64,000 bases of DNA from Lama glama. Lineage: Eukaryota. The stretch covers positions 47,184,001-47,248,000 of the forward strand of contig CM052818.1 in NCBI GenBank assembly GCA_028534125.1, in the 5' to 3' direction. Shown piece by piece: positions 1 to 12,201 of this stretch; positions within the stretch are counted from its first letter, which is position 1, and every line of letters begins with the position of its first letter. Below the pieces are notes generated by a model, which worked only from the letters and a program-made list of their open reading frames with translations, searched no databases and was not told where the DNA came from. The translations under genes and the position numbers were made by a program.

Positions 1-1876
1 AAATACAGAAACGTTCCATTTGTAAGGGGAAAAAAAAATAGCTTTCCTCACTGCAGACCGCATGCTTGTGTGGAGCTCATGGAGTCTGACGGGCTTGCCC
101 CAGGCAGCCCTGTTGTCGCGTCCAGGAATTCCGTCCCAAATCTCCCCCTGAACCGGGAGCCCGGGAGCGCAGAGCTGCGATGGCCGGCTTGTGTCCCGGT
201 CCTCGCTCAGCAGAGCACCAGACGGCTGCCGAGTCACAGCATCTTGTCTGATTACAGGAAGGGACACAAATTCACCGGCATCACCACGGCCTCCATCCCC
301 CCTCAGAATCCCTCCAGACAGCCTCTGCCGGTCCCTCCACGCACCTCCTCGTCCCTTCATCTTCTATTTCACTTCTTTTGCTTTCTCTCTTGGTCCCCGC
401 TGCTGCCCTGTTGAACAGCACTGACCCAAGGAAGGGGGGCCCCCCTGTCTGGGCCCTGAATTTTAGGGAACCCCGCTCCCTGGTTGTGTCCCTCCCCACA
501 GGGCAAGGCAACCCATCTGGCACCAGGAGCCTGGGCCCACTTGGAACCCCTCTGGCTGCTCCTTCTAGACAACTCTCTGAGTACTCGGCGTTCCCTAACC
601 AAACAGCCTGTGCATCCCCTTCAAGGGTCTGCACAGACTTGTCCTGAGGGCAGACCGCTCCATGGCTGCTGGAGGCCCACCCCTCAGCAGGAGGCTGGGC
701 GGTCCACACACATGCTCACGAGAGCCCCTGGGGTGACAAGGGAGCTGGGGGGACAAAGGGAAATGGGCCAGGCTCGGGGCTGAGAGCCTCCAGTGATGCC
801 GTCTCCCCAGGCCCCCCACACAGAGGGGCAGACTTGGGCCACAGGACCCTGCTGAGCCATCGCATCCTTCCACTCTGCACCTTAGCTGTGCACCCCACTC
901 CCTGGAGGTTCAGGAGGGCCTGACCCTCTTGTCTCCCCGACAGTTTCCCTGACACCACCCCACGAGGGACAATAAGCCAGGCCTGGCCCTAAAGGAGCAT
1001 CCAAAACATCAAGCCTTTCTGCCTCCATGACCCGCCGCTGGGCAGGACTGCCCTGGGCTCGGTGTCCCGCTGACTTAAGACGTTCTCACAGCCGTGAGCT
1101 CTTTGGTGGGGAGACTGCCATTACTAACCTCTGATTCGCTGTTTTCCAAGCACTCTTTAGTGCTAAGGAGCATTTCCATGCCTGGAAGAGGGCTGCTTGC
1201 TGAGCAGCGACAAGCTCGCACCCCGCCTCCCGGCCCCAGCACTGCCCCTCCTCAACCTCCCGGCCCTCGGCCTCGCTCCGCCATGTGTTCTGCACAGACT
1301 GACTGCCTGAGAAGCCTGGGCGGGCCTGGCAGGTTGGAAGTCTCAGAGGAAGACACAGTGGAGGCAGAGAGACATGTCAGAGGATGTCTGGGCACCTGAG
1401 GGCCTGGGGGCCCCACCCTTCCTGGAGGCAGCACGAGGGCCTCTGGGCAGGGAAGGGGCAGCCCAGGAACGAGCGTGCCCTGGACACCCTGTGAGCATCA
1501 GGTGCCCCACGGGCCCGTCACTCAGGCTACACGACTCCTATGGACCGTGTCCACGCCGCCTCTTACTAACCACGGAGCGAAGGCCCAGAGGGAGCCACAC
1601 ACCTCCTGGGGCCATGCTGCTCCGAACTGTTGGGGCTTCAACTCTGCTCTTTCTCATCCCATGTCCCTGTTCTCATGTCTTCAAACATCATCAAGGGACA
1701 CTGTCCTTCTGAAATTCTATGTGTCCCAACACACAGGCCCTGTCTCTTCTCTCAGATCCCTCTATGGGCCACAGGGGAAACTGGGGTGGGTCGCCCACTT
1801 CCAGGATAAGATGATCTTAGGTTGGACAAGAGGTATGTGGTTCTGAGGGTCAGCACACAACAATCCAGGGCACGGA

Positions 1877-1877
<1 letters not shown>

Positions 1878-1908
<31 letters not shown>

Positions 1909-1924
1909 AGCACACACACACACA
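1878..1924. repeat. Compound (CT)n(CA)n microsatellite
   Basis: Directly visible CT run followed by an interrupted CA run. Confidence 0.95.
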
Positions 1925-4594
1925 GTTTCTGGACAAAGTAGCTGTTGATTCTGAGGTTAGAAGTACTGATCGCTATTTGGCCTTAAGCTTATCTGCAGAA
2001 ATCTCAGACATCTTGGGCTAAAGTGGAGGTGAGGTCAGGTTTAATTCATTTTACTTTGCCCAATGTGTTAAGAGAGGGAGAGGCTCACTGGCGTGTCCAG
2101 GGAGAGCCCTGATGCGACGCTGGCCTCTCTGTCTGTGTTCCGGCTCTTCCCAGCCCTGCACTCCATTGACCTGACCGTGTTTTTAGAAAGTACTGAACAC
2201 AGGATTGCTCCCCGTCACCAAGGGGGGGGGGGCGCTGTTTGTGCGGCTTACTTTAGGATTGCCCAAACGGGACATGATTGCGCATCCCGCTCCCTCTGGC
2301 ACAGGCTCGCCCGCCGCTGGACATCATTCTGAGCTGCGCTCCCAACGCTGTAATCACGTTGTGGGTTTCAGGACGCGTGCTGGCTGCCCTGGGCTTCCTG
2401 GGACTTCTCAGAGGGTCGCCGTTCTGTGCAAGAGCCATCAGGACGGTGGCTCCTCTCCCAGCTCTGTGTCTCCCAAACCCTGGGGTTTCAACAGCAGGCC
2501 ATTAGCCGGCTTTTTGTCCTGCCCGGGTGAGTCCTGCTTCTTCTCCGACAGGTCTTTTGAGCACAGTGAAACGGGAAGCTCAAATTTTGTCTCTCTCTGC
2601 TTGTCAGTTGCCAGTTTCCAAGCCAACTCTTACCTCATTTGAATGATAAAGTCCTTGAAACCCCTATTTACTCTTCAGTGGGTCTCTGATGCCTCATTTC
2701 TCAAGCAGCATCTCCACTGGAGGGTGGCTCTCTCTGGCCATCAACTCTTGTCCTGACTCCAGCCCCCTTCCCGGGTTGGCGCACACGGGCTGTACAAACT
2801 TCAAATTGTTCATTTTTCCATTTGGTAGAGATCTTATCAACGTTCTACATAAACCCTCCCATTTTCACACTTGGTGAAGCTGGATTCAAGGGAGGTGGGA
2901 TCTTCCATGCAACATTACCACCACATACGTGGTCACCCAGTCAGAACGGAGGTGCCTAGTGCCCTGCACTGTGGCCCTTCCCACGCCCCATGTTTGGGTT
3001 CCAGTCTCACTTATACCATTTACATCACCGGCTGTTGCTCTTCTATTTTCAAGTGTTGCCGCCCTCCAGGTATGCATTTCTGCCCTGCTTTATTCCAAAA
3101 ACCAAAATTTGTGTGGCTTGCAAGATTCTGATACAGTAAAAAGATTCTTAAAGGTCAATGTGATGAAAAAAGTAGGCAAAATGGTATGATGAAACCAGAG
3201 GGAAAGTTAGTCATGAGATTTATGCCGTAAAGTCCTATTCACTTAGTGAAGTTGCATTGCAAGTTAAAACATGGGCTTCCTGTGAGCCAAAGTAAAAAGG
3301 GAAAGTTGAAGCTTCACACTGTTCACAAGAGAAAATACCAATTGCTCACAAGTGAACTTTTTCTGGCCATACTTTACCATCCATTCTTAATTTGTTTCTT
3401 TTGTCTGAGGGCATAAATGTCATGTCCCTCATTAAATGAAATGTAAGTTTTTTTTCTCCCGCCACCCATTCCCTCTAGGTTGCTGTACCATTTCCCTGGC
3501 TTCCTTCCAACCAAAGGCCAGTCTCCTTCGAGTGATGGCTTGCAATCCCTCTTTGGTAGCCAGACCTCTCCTGGCTTCTGCCCGGGGCTGTCTTCCTTCC
3601 TCAGGGCGGCTGCTGTTTGAGATGTTTGCCGTGGTTCATCGATATTTGACCAGTGTCTGGACAGAGCAGCTGGACACACAGGCGAGGAGTCCCCATTGTC
3701 GTCCTTCTCCTGTTCGCTGGCAGCTGTAAAGGAAGACGCCGAAGGGAGTCAGGGCCTCCCATTGCATCTTCCTTTCTGCCATCATCTGCCGTCTGCTGGG
3801 AAGCCTGGCTCCCAGTCTGTCACCTGCAGCCCAGGAATGCTCCAGGGCCCAGGTGGAAATGGCAGCTCAGGAACCACGAGGCAGGACATAGCCTGTCCCC
3901 AGAGGAAACCAGCCAAAATTGTTTCTCTAATATCTTGATATACCATCTATTTTTATCACCTTTGTTTGCCTATTTATCATCCATTTATGCATTTCTTGCC
4001 TATTTCCTTAAATTATGTGAAGTGACATAAAATTTCAGCTAATACAAGCAGATAAAGGGAAAAGCTCAGGGGTTGAGCTGACGGGCCTGCATGCGGGTCC
4101 TGCTGGCGGGGCGAGTGGAGGCTCTGGGTGAACTGAGAGCTGCAACCCTCTAACAACACACTGCAACTTGGAACTTCTTTTTCTCTTGCGTGTCTTGTGG
4201 AGTGGCCAGCGGTCTCTGGGCTATGAGCATCCCTCATTTACATGCTCAGACAGCACTTGCCACACGATCCTTCTGCAATAACGCGGCATTTATGTGACAC
4301 TTTACAACGCTGACTGATTCTCGGAGGGAAAGGATTACTTCTGAGCACAGAGATTTGTGTGTCCTGTTTTGCTTTCAAACCTCTTCTATGGTCACTGACG
4401 CCCCTGGACAGAGTCAGAGGACTTCACAGTTTGAGCATAACCTTAGCAGCTCTGCTGTTTTTTGTTTTTTTTGTTTTTGTTTTGTTTTTTTTTTTTTAGA
4501 TTTTTCATTGCTTGACCAAGGACAGGGTAGGAAGGATGGTATTTGAGAAAGAAAGCTGGTGGTGGAGGGAGAGACCTTTATCCGTGCTCAGCTC

Positions 4595-4710
4595 CTAGGA
4601 TGCTGGGTGATCTCGGGGAGGTCACTTCACCTCTCTGTGCCTCTGTCTCCTGAGCTGTAAAAGGATGAGACGAATTAGATGATCTCTGGGGTACCTCTAA
4701 GGCTAAGCAT
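4595..4710 (+). mobile_element. MIR-family SINE remnant (MIR3/MIRc-like)
   Basis: gtcacttcacctctctgtgcctctgtctcctgagctgtaaaaggatgagacgaattagatgatctct resembles the MIR core and 3' segment. Confidence 0.75.
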
Positions 4711-5152
4711 GCGGGGACTATGTACTTCCCAACAAAGACCTTTCCTGAAGAAATCTCACACTTCCCCCAGCCTGCAAACCTCAAGATTCTGCCTCACATT
4801 GAGTCCTAAGTTCCTCTGCCCCTGACTCCTTTACAACCCGTGATGAAAGCTGAAAGGGCAAAAGACAAAGATAATGAAACACAATGCAAAGAGTGAATCC
4901 ATCGCTCAGCCCCTTACTCCATACAGAAAATGACCGCCAGCTGTTGCCCAGGTCAGGGCAGCAATCTCGCGGAGCCCTGGCGGTCCAAAGAGGAGGACAC
5001 ACTGCGTGCCCAGCCGAACCGCGTCCGTGCAGCCCCGGAGGACTTGAACATGAAAACACATTTTTCTCACAAGCTACATTTGGGCTTTTGTTAGAAGCAT
5101 TCCAACTCCAAGACTTTGTGAACAAGCTGTAAGCTCCATTGGTTTCCCACTG

Positions 5153-5307
5153 TTCTTTTCTTGTGGGGGGGGGAGGGGTAATTAGGTTGGTTGGTTTGCT
5201 TGCTTGCTTGTGTATTTATTTATTTTAACAGAGGCACTGGGGATTGAACCCAGGGCCTCTCGTGCATGCTAAGCATGTGCTTTACCTCTGAGCTGCACCC
5301 CCTCTCC
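5153..5307 (-). mobile_element. tRNA-Ala-derived SINE (camelid vic-1-like)
   Basis: Minus strand has a tRNA-Ala-like head (gctcagaggtaaagcacatgcttagcatgcacgagaggccctgggttcaatccccagtgcctc), then aataaataaa...cctaattacccctccccc and an A-rich tail; matches three other copies in the window. Confidence 0.9.
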
Positions 5308-5971
5308 TCTGCACTGGTTTTTATGGGCACTGTGCCTTCAGTGTCCCCAGAAAGAGAGTTTGAAAGGACTCTCTTATTACAAGTGCCTTAAGACTGTCTT
5401 ACATTCTTCTTGGTGTCCTGCATGAGGAGCGGATAAAGGCAGCGGCATCCTTTTCTGTGAAGGCACCACCCACTGCCTGTACGTCTTCTGTGCAGATAGT
5501 TTACTATCTGAGCGTAGAATCAACATTGTAAGGGTTTTTCTAAGAGCTTGGACCAAAGGAGCATCATGATGCTTTTAGGAACCAAAGAAACTTCTAGAAG
5601 GAACTGTGTTAGGGCTGGGACAAAAGCAAGACATGCATGCTCAGTCTCTAATTTTAATGTAATCCTTCTCTCCCTATGATTAGTGTTTTGTTTTTGTTTT
5701 TGTTTTTGTTTTTTGGTCTTTGGTAAGAAATCTTTTCTGACTATAAAATGATAAAGATTTTCATGGAATGAAGATATCACTTTTTATTATCTTTGAAAAC
5801 CTATATAATTTTGCCTTCCCCACTGAGGTTTAAAATATATGTGGACTTCATTCTTGTGGAAGGTGTGAAGCAGAGGCCCCCTGCATTTCTCTTCCCAGTG
5901 TAGATGGCCTCCCGTCGGGGCACCAGCACCGTCCAGTTGCAGACAGTGTGAGTAGGAATTCCATCTGGCTG

Positions 5972-7990
5972 ACGACCTCAAAGGACAAGCTTTCAACATT
6001 TCCCACTACAGGTTTTAGGATTTCTGTAGTGTTTGGACTGATGTTTATTTTAATTAAGAATGTTCTTTCAAATTCTCTCTTTTTTTTTTAACATTTTTTA
6101 TTGATTCATAATCATTTTACAGTGTTGTGTCAAATTCCAGTGTTCAGCACAATTTTTCAGTCATTCGTGGACATATACACACTCATTGTCACATTCTTTT
6201 CTCTGTGATTTATCATAACATTTTGTGTATATTTCCCTGTGCTATACAGTGTAATCTTGTTTATCTATTCTACAATTTTGAAACCCCAGTCTATCCCTTC
6301 CCACCCTCAAATTCTCTTTTATTGACAGTAATTTTTTAACATGGCTGATTATTAAATGTCATCAAATTGGTTTGATCTATTCATTTAGATGATTTGGGGT
6401 TTCTCCATTAATCTGTTAAAGTGGTGAATTACACTGATGATAAAACAGTCTTGAATTCCAGATATAAACCCTTGGTCGTGATGTATCAGTTCCTTTAAAT
6501 ATTGCTGGACTGGAAATACTAAGATTTTTTTTTTAGGATGATTGCATTTATGTTTACATATCAGATTATTCTGCAATTTTCCTTTGTTTTCCAGACCTAG
6601 TTGAGTTCAAGTTTCTTCTAACCTCTTATTTGTGGAGAGTACCTTTTTATCTTTTTTTTTTCCTTTATTCTCTGGAAGACTTTGGGAAAGTGGTTAAAAG
6701 TGCTGTTAAAGCCCTCTGGGCCTGGAATATTCTCACAAAGGAAAACGTTTCGTTGTTGACTTATTTAAATTAATGGAGTCAATTCTGGTAAGTCATGTTT
6801 TTTCTAGGAATGTGCTCAGTAAACTTAAATTTTTGATATTGACAAAAAGTGATAAATCCCCCACTTTTTCATTTTGAATCTTGCTTTTTCTTTTTCTTCC
6901 TTTTTTCCCCCTATTTCTTGACCAATGGTGCCATAAGATTATCAATCTTTTAGCTTTTTCCAAGAATCAACTTTTGATTTTTTTGACCGTCTCTACTGTC
7001 AGCCTTTTAAAAAAAATGCATTGATTCCTGTGTTTAAATAATTCTCTCCTTTCAGTTGTGTACGGGATATTATTCCAGTTTGTTGACATGGAAATTTAGC
7101 TCATGAGTCTTCTTTTCTTTTCTAATATATGCATTTCAAAAGATCCCCTAATTTCCATGATGAATTATAATTTCCCCTTAGGCTCATGGATTATTTAGCA
7201 ATGTACGTCTTAATTTTCAAACATGTATATATTTCTAATTGTCTTTTCTTCGTTTATTTTTGACTTCTAGCATGATTGGGTTGCCATCAGAAGACATAGT
7301 CTATGTAAATTAATTCCTTTAAAAACGAATCATTGTATCGCAACCCAGCATATAATTAATTTTTGTAGGTACCTCTGATATGGCTTAAAGGATTCTGTGT
7401 TCTGCAGCTTGGGGGGGTCCCACTCTATGTCTTTGTAAGTCAAATGTCTTAATCAAGTTGTTGAAATCTCTGTAACCTCACTGTTTTTTTTTGTTTTGTT
7501 TTGTTTGCTTGGACCACAAATTAATGAACTGTGCTGGAGTTCCTGAAATAATGGTGAATTTTTCTATTTCACTTCTAGCTCTAGCAACTTTGTCTTCTCC
7601 ATTTTGAAAGTGTGCTATTAACTGAATACAAATTTAGAATTTTTTAATCTTCTGGCTTATTTGATCATTACATTATTATGAATTGACCTTTATTAATGAA
7701 TTTTGGCTTAAAATGTACATATAATATAGTTACATTAGGTTTCTGCTTACATGGTCTATGTTCTTTGCTTTTACTTTTGACAGTTCTATATTTGTTGGTT
7801 TTAGATATGTTTTATATAAACTGAATATATTTGGATTTTGTTTCCTTATTCAGGCAATTTTTGTCCCTTAGTGGACCATCTAGTCCATTTATATTAAACA
7901 TGGTTACGGATCTATTTGGTTTTCAGTCATTCATGCTGTTTTATGCTTTGTTTATCTATGTTTCTCTTCCCTCTCTCTCCTGCATTCTTT
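5972..7990 (-). mobile_element. Ancient degraded LINE-1 (L1M-type), ORF2 endonuclease-to-RT region
   Basis: ORF 6385..6576(-) gives QQYLKELIHHDQGFISGIQDCF..SVIHHFNRL, matching the L1 RT motif QQHIKKIIHHDQVGFIPGMQGWF..NVIHHINR; T-rich L1-like sequence continues to about 7990; interrupted by a younger L1. Confidence 0.85.
6079..6306 (-). mobile_element. Young 5'-truncated LINE-1 3' end
   Basis: Poly-T, then L1 3'UTR-like sequence (ttccctgtgctatacagt...ttatctattc); perfect TSD tcaaattctct at 6068-6078 and 6307-6317. Confidence 0.85.
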
Positions 7991-8124
7991 TAGTGGCCAT
8001 CCTAGTAATTATAACAATGCTTAACTTATGTATGGCAATAAATGCTTTTGTTCTCCTTTTGGACAAGACAGTACCATGGACCACTAACTCCATTTATCCC
8101 TGACGTTCTCTCCTGCCTCATGTA

Positions 8125-8350
8125 TTTCCACAGGGAGCTCTGGACTCTGTTGTCCTGCTTGGAGGCAAAGAGGCTGGGCCTTCACATGCTTTGCATTGAC
8201 CAGCCACCAGAAGCAGGTTGTCCCCAGGGAAGACGAAATGACCTTGTGTATCCTGGCTGTCTTAAATTGCAGACAGTTAGGGCAATCCCATGAGAATGAC
8301 TTAGTGATGTGATGTCAACAGCTGGTGGAGTTTCTGTGGGAGGATTCTGG
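8125..8350. mobile_element. Ancient ERVL-class LTR fragment (LTR16/LTR33-like)
   Basis: gaggctgggccttcac...gcattgaccagcca...caggttgtccccaggga...gaccttg...gggcaatccca resembles the recalled consensus; boundaries approximate. Confidence 0.5.
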
Positions 8351-8919
8351 GAAAATTGCCTGAAACAGGTGGTTCTTGTGTTTGGCCTTCATATTTTGAG
8401 GAACCTGGACCATTTGATGCCAGGTTTACAATAGTTAATACAGACTAATCTGGGAGAAAGGTCACTGTGGCTGACTTTCCCAACCAGGAAGAGTGTTGGA
8501 TCTGCATGGGTTGGGAAGTTTCATGCTGCACAGATTCAGCTAGAGAGATGCACACCAAATAGAGTGAAATTTTAAGTAAGAAAGTGTTTATCTTTTTGCC
8601 CTCCTGTACTCAGTTGCTATTCCTGTGACTGATGCAGGGAAAGGAAAGAGCATGATATTTTCGTGGGGAAAAATCAAACTCATGCCCAAGAATATTGTCC
8701 AAATATAAAGCCTTAGGGATGTGGGCTGGATGTGAAAAATTGGAAAATCTCCCCAAAGAAATCTGAGTCTTGGGTTTTGAAAGAAAACTCGAAGAACGGG
8801 TACCACGGAATAAGTGAGGGCTCTAAGCAGCTCCCAGGGGAGTGACTTCCATCATTTATTCATGATTCTTTAGTTATGTGTCAGTAAGATTGTAAAGGCC
8901 AGAAGGATCAATAGCTTGG

Positions 8920-9302
8920 TGATATGGACTGAGCTGTGCCCTGCCCACAATTATATGTTGAAGTCCTAACCTGCAGAATGACTGTATGTGGAAATAGGTC
9001 CTCTAAAGAGGTAATGGTGGTTAAATGGGGTCATAAGGGTGGGCCCTGATCTCATAGGACTGGTGTCTTTATAAGAAGAGGAAGAGACAGCAGAGATGTT
9101 GCTAAGAGAAAAGACCACGTGAGGACAGGGAGAAGGTGGCCGTCGGCAAGCCCAGGAGAGAGACCTCTCCAGAACCCAGCCCTGCTGGCGCCTTGATCTT
9201 GAACTTTGGGTCGGTCCCTAGAACTGCAAGAAAAGACTCTTCTGTTGTTTCAGACGCTTGGTGTGTGGCATGTTGCTACAGTGGCCTGAGAAGGTTAAGA
9301 CA
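8920..9302 (+). mobile_element. MaLR solo LTR (MLT1A-like)
   Basis: TG...CA termini; hallmark tatgttgaagtcctaacc, ggactggtgtctttataagaagaggaagagac and ccttgatcttgaactt; near-identical 5-bp TSD cttgg/cttgt. Confidence 0.9.
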
Positions 9303-9369
9303 CTTGTTGCTTTAAACCTCTTTCGGTGCACCGGAGTGCCTCGGGACAGTGGCTAGAAAGCTGGCCTGT

Positions 9370-9645
9370 CTGGAAACCTTGCTTAGAAATACATGCGTCA
9401 GAAAGAAAAGAAGAGCAAACAAAATCATTGAAATGATAAAATTCAATATAGTGATTATCTCCAGACGATCGCCTCTGAGGCGGTTTGGAGAGGGAGGCGG
9501 GGGAAGAGTTGGTACAAGGTGGGTTTCAACTATATTTGTAACATTTACTTTCATCGCCTGGTTGGTATTTTATTGCTGCATTGTTGTTTATATTTCCTTT
9601 CATGTCCTTAGATCATTTTATACACCTGAAATATTTCATGAAAGT
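9370..9645 (+). mobile_element. Ancient L1ME/L1MC-like 3' UTR fragment
   Basis: aaattcaatatagtgattatctc...tttcaactatatttgtaacatttactttc...cctgaaatatttcat is typical of old L1 3' ends. Confidence 0.55.
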
Positions 9646-9781
9646 ATTAGAAAAAGAATAGTGATATATTCTGAATACTCGCTGACTAATTCAACAGATT
9701 TTTATTGCATCCCACTTTTATCACACTGGTGGGATAGAGGGGAAGACGAAATCAAAAACACGATGCTTGGTTTTCCCCTTC

Positions 9782-10935
9782 TTTTCTTTTTTTCCAGCTT
9801 TATTGCTATATTACTGACATAACATATGCAAATTTAAGGTATACAATGTGATGCTTTGATACACACACACACATATATGTGAATATTGCAAAATGATTAT
9901 CAAATAGACAGTTAAAACACCCATCCCTTCCCATAATTGTCATTTTTGTTGTGTGTACTGGTAACATTTGAGATCCACTCTCTTAATAACTTTCCAGTGT
10001 ACAATGCAGTGTCGTTAACTACAGCCACTCAGACTGACTCATCTTACTGCCAGGAGTTTGTTCTCTTGAACCAACATCTCCCCCCACCAGCCCCACTCCC
10101 ACCAGTCCCTGATAACCACCATTCTACTCTCCATTTTTATGAGCTTGTCTTTTTAAAATTCTACACATAAGTGAGAACATACAGTATTTATCTTTCTCTG
10201 TCTAACTTACATCACTTAGCATAATGCCCTCAAGGTCCATCCATGTTGTTGCAAAAGGCAGGATTTCCATCTTTTTTACGGCTGGATAATATTTCATCGT
10301 ATAGCATACCACATTCTCTTTATCTATTCATCTGTTGATGGATGCTTAGGTTTCCACGTCTTGGCTATTGTGAACAATGCTGCAGTGAGCACTGGGGTGC
10401 AGTATCTCTCTGGTATAGTGATTTCACACCCTTTGGACAGGTATCCAGAAGTGAGATTGCTGGATTGCATGATGGTCCTATTTCTAATTTTTTGAGGCAG
10501 CTCCATCCTGTTTTCCATAGTGGCTGCACCAATTTACATGCCCACCCACAGGGCACAATGGTTCCCTTCTCTCCACATTCTTGCCAAGACTTCTTGTCTC
10601 TTGTCTTTTTAATGCCATCCGTTCTAACAGGTGTGAGGAGATCTCTCCCTGAGGTTTGATGCGCATTTCCTGATGATTAGTGATGCCATTCACCTTTTCA
10701 TGTACCTGTGGTCCACGTGTATGTCTTCTTTGGAAAAATACCTATTCAAATCCTTTGCCCATTTTTAAATCAGATTGTTTTCTTGCTGTTGAGTTGTGTG
10801 AGTTCCTTATACATTTTGGATAATACGCTCTTTTCAGATAGACGGTTTGCAAATATTTTCTCCTATTCTGAAGGTCACCTTTTAAGTTTGCTGATTATTT
10901 CTTTAGCTGTGGAGAGGCATTTCAGTTTGATGTCG
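9782..10935 (-). mobile_element. LINE-1 3' portion (L1MA9-like) including the ORF2 C-terminus
   Basis: Frameshifted translations CKLVQPLWKTGWSCLKKLEI..NPAISLL and AALFTIAKTWK..PSTDE match the L1 ORF2 C-terminus; 3'UTR and T-rich tail at about 9782. Confidence 0.92.
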
Positions 10936-12131
10936 GTTTTTTTTTTCAAAGTGGTAATGTTACCATTAACCCAACCGTTCTCTCTAACCTGGACCTCCTT
11001 ACAGTCCGACTATGGCTTTTGTGAAGTGCCTGGGGTTATGGCTGCAGGGCTAGCTTATTTAAGAACATACCTACAAAGTGTGATATCTTACTCAAAAGAT
11101 CTACATTTAATGTAAAGATTTTATTGCTGCCTCAAGGCTACCCATTAAGGAGATTTTCTGCTGATGCTCTTAAGTTGACCATGAAAAAGTTCTCATGCCC
11201 CATCATGCCTAAAATAATACTAATTATACCTGACATTTATTAATTGCTCCATAATTATCAAAGTGATTCCATAGGCCTTAATAACTTGCTAGATCCAACC
11301 ATCATAGGGAGACTGTCTCACCTGGGGTGCCGCGGTCCCGGGAGGAGCCCCAGCCTGGAGAACCAGACGTCATTCTGCAGGAGATTCTGCTGCAGGAAGG
11401 CTCAGCGGACAGGGGTGCAGTTAACCAACCGCTGGAGGCTCTGCCATCTAGGAAGTGATCAGCCATAGCCCCCGATCTTTAGTGGTACTGCTAAGCTGAA
11501 AGTCCAGAGGTGACTGGATTGGATGATAAGGCTATATATTAGAATGTCTGACACAGGGCACTGTGTGCAGAGGAATGGAGCAGCTGGGATCCATGGAAAT
11601 CAGAGCTTTGAGCTCTTACTCCAGATTCAGAGTCTGGGCTGATTTAAATCAGATTTCAAATGCAGAGAAGGTCCCGTCCAACATCTGGTCACATGAACAC
11701 AGTGATAAGAGGAAAGTAAGGTACATACTGGACTATCCCATGGGAAGGTGGGGAACAGAAGCCCAAGTTTGTAAAGGGACAAATCGCCACCCACAGTGGT
11801 GATACTAGTGGTTAAAACTAACGCTCCTGCCTCCACACCCTTTCTTCCTTAAAAAACCTGAACTACCACCATAGTCTAAGCAAAGACTGCGAGGCTGCTC
11901 CTATGGGAGGCAGATACCATTGCAGCTCAGTAATCAGCAAGGAAGGCGATGGAAAAGGAGGGGAAAGCAACCAGTGGGGCCAAACGTTTTCATGGGATCA
12001 GAGGGTCTAAGAGAATGGTGCTGCAAGGTGATCTTCCCCCAAATGCCCCGGGTCCCTGTGACATTTCCCGAGGCTTTGTATTATTTGTAACTATCCGTCT
12101 TAATGACAGCCTTTCCCATGCCTGGCGTGTC

Positions 12132-12201
12132 CTGACTCAGCGCCAGCAATGCGCTGAGTCAGCAGGAAGTGATCTCATCAACTCTGTGGGAAGTTCCCAC
12201 A
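12132..12201. promoter_or_regulatory. Candidate enhancer: inverted ARE/MARE pair, ETS site and NF-kB site
   Basis: TGACTCAGC on both strands (12133-12141, 12153-12161), CAGGAAGT 12163-12170 and GGGAAGTTCCC 12188-12198, in non-repetitive sequence. Confidence 0.55.

Noticed and set aside
2634..2789. Minus-strand exon ending at donor AG/GTAAG
   Set aside because: Stops in all three frames and a poor acceptor
3186..3270. C/D box snoRNA starting at ATGATGA
   Set aside because: No D box (CTGA) or terminal stem at a suitable distance
9349..9822. 157-aa hydrophobic ORF as a membrane protein
   Set aside because: It spans two unrelated L1 3' fragments, and the hydrophobicity reflects T-rich sequence
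10324..10693. L1 ORF2-like peptides as functional CDS (also 6385..6576, 23281..23577, 32730..32948)
   Set aside because: Frameshifted, truncated retrotransposon remnants
12185..12201. Notch sequence-paired site (SPS)
   Set aside because: SPS dimers need about 15-17 bp between CSL sites; the spacing here is 1 bp
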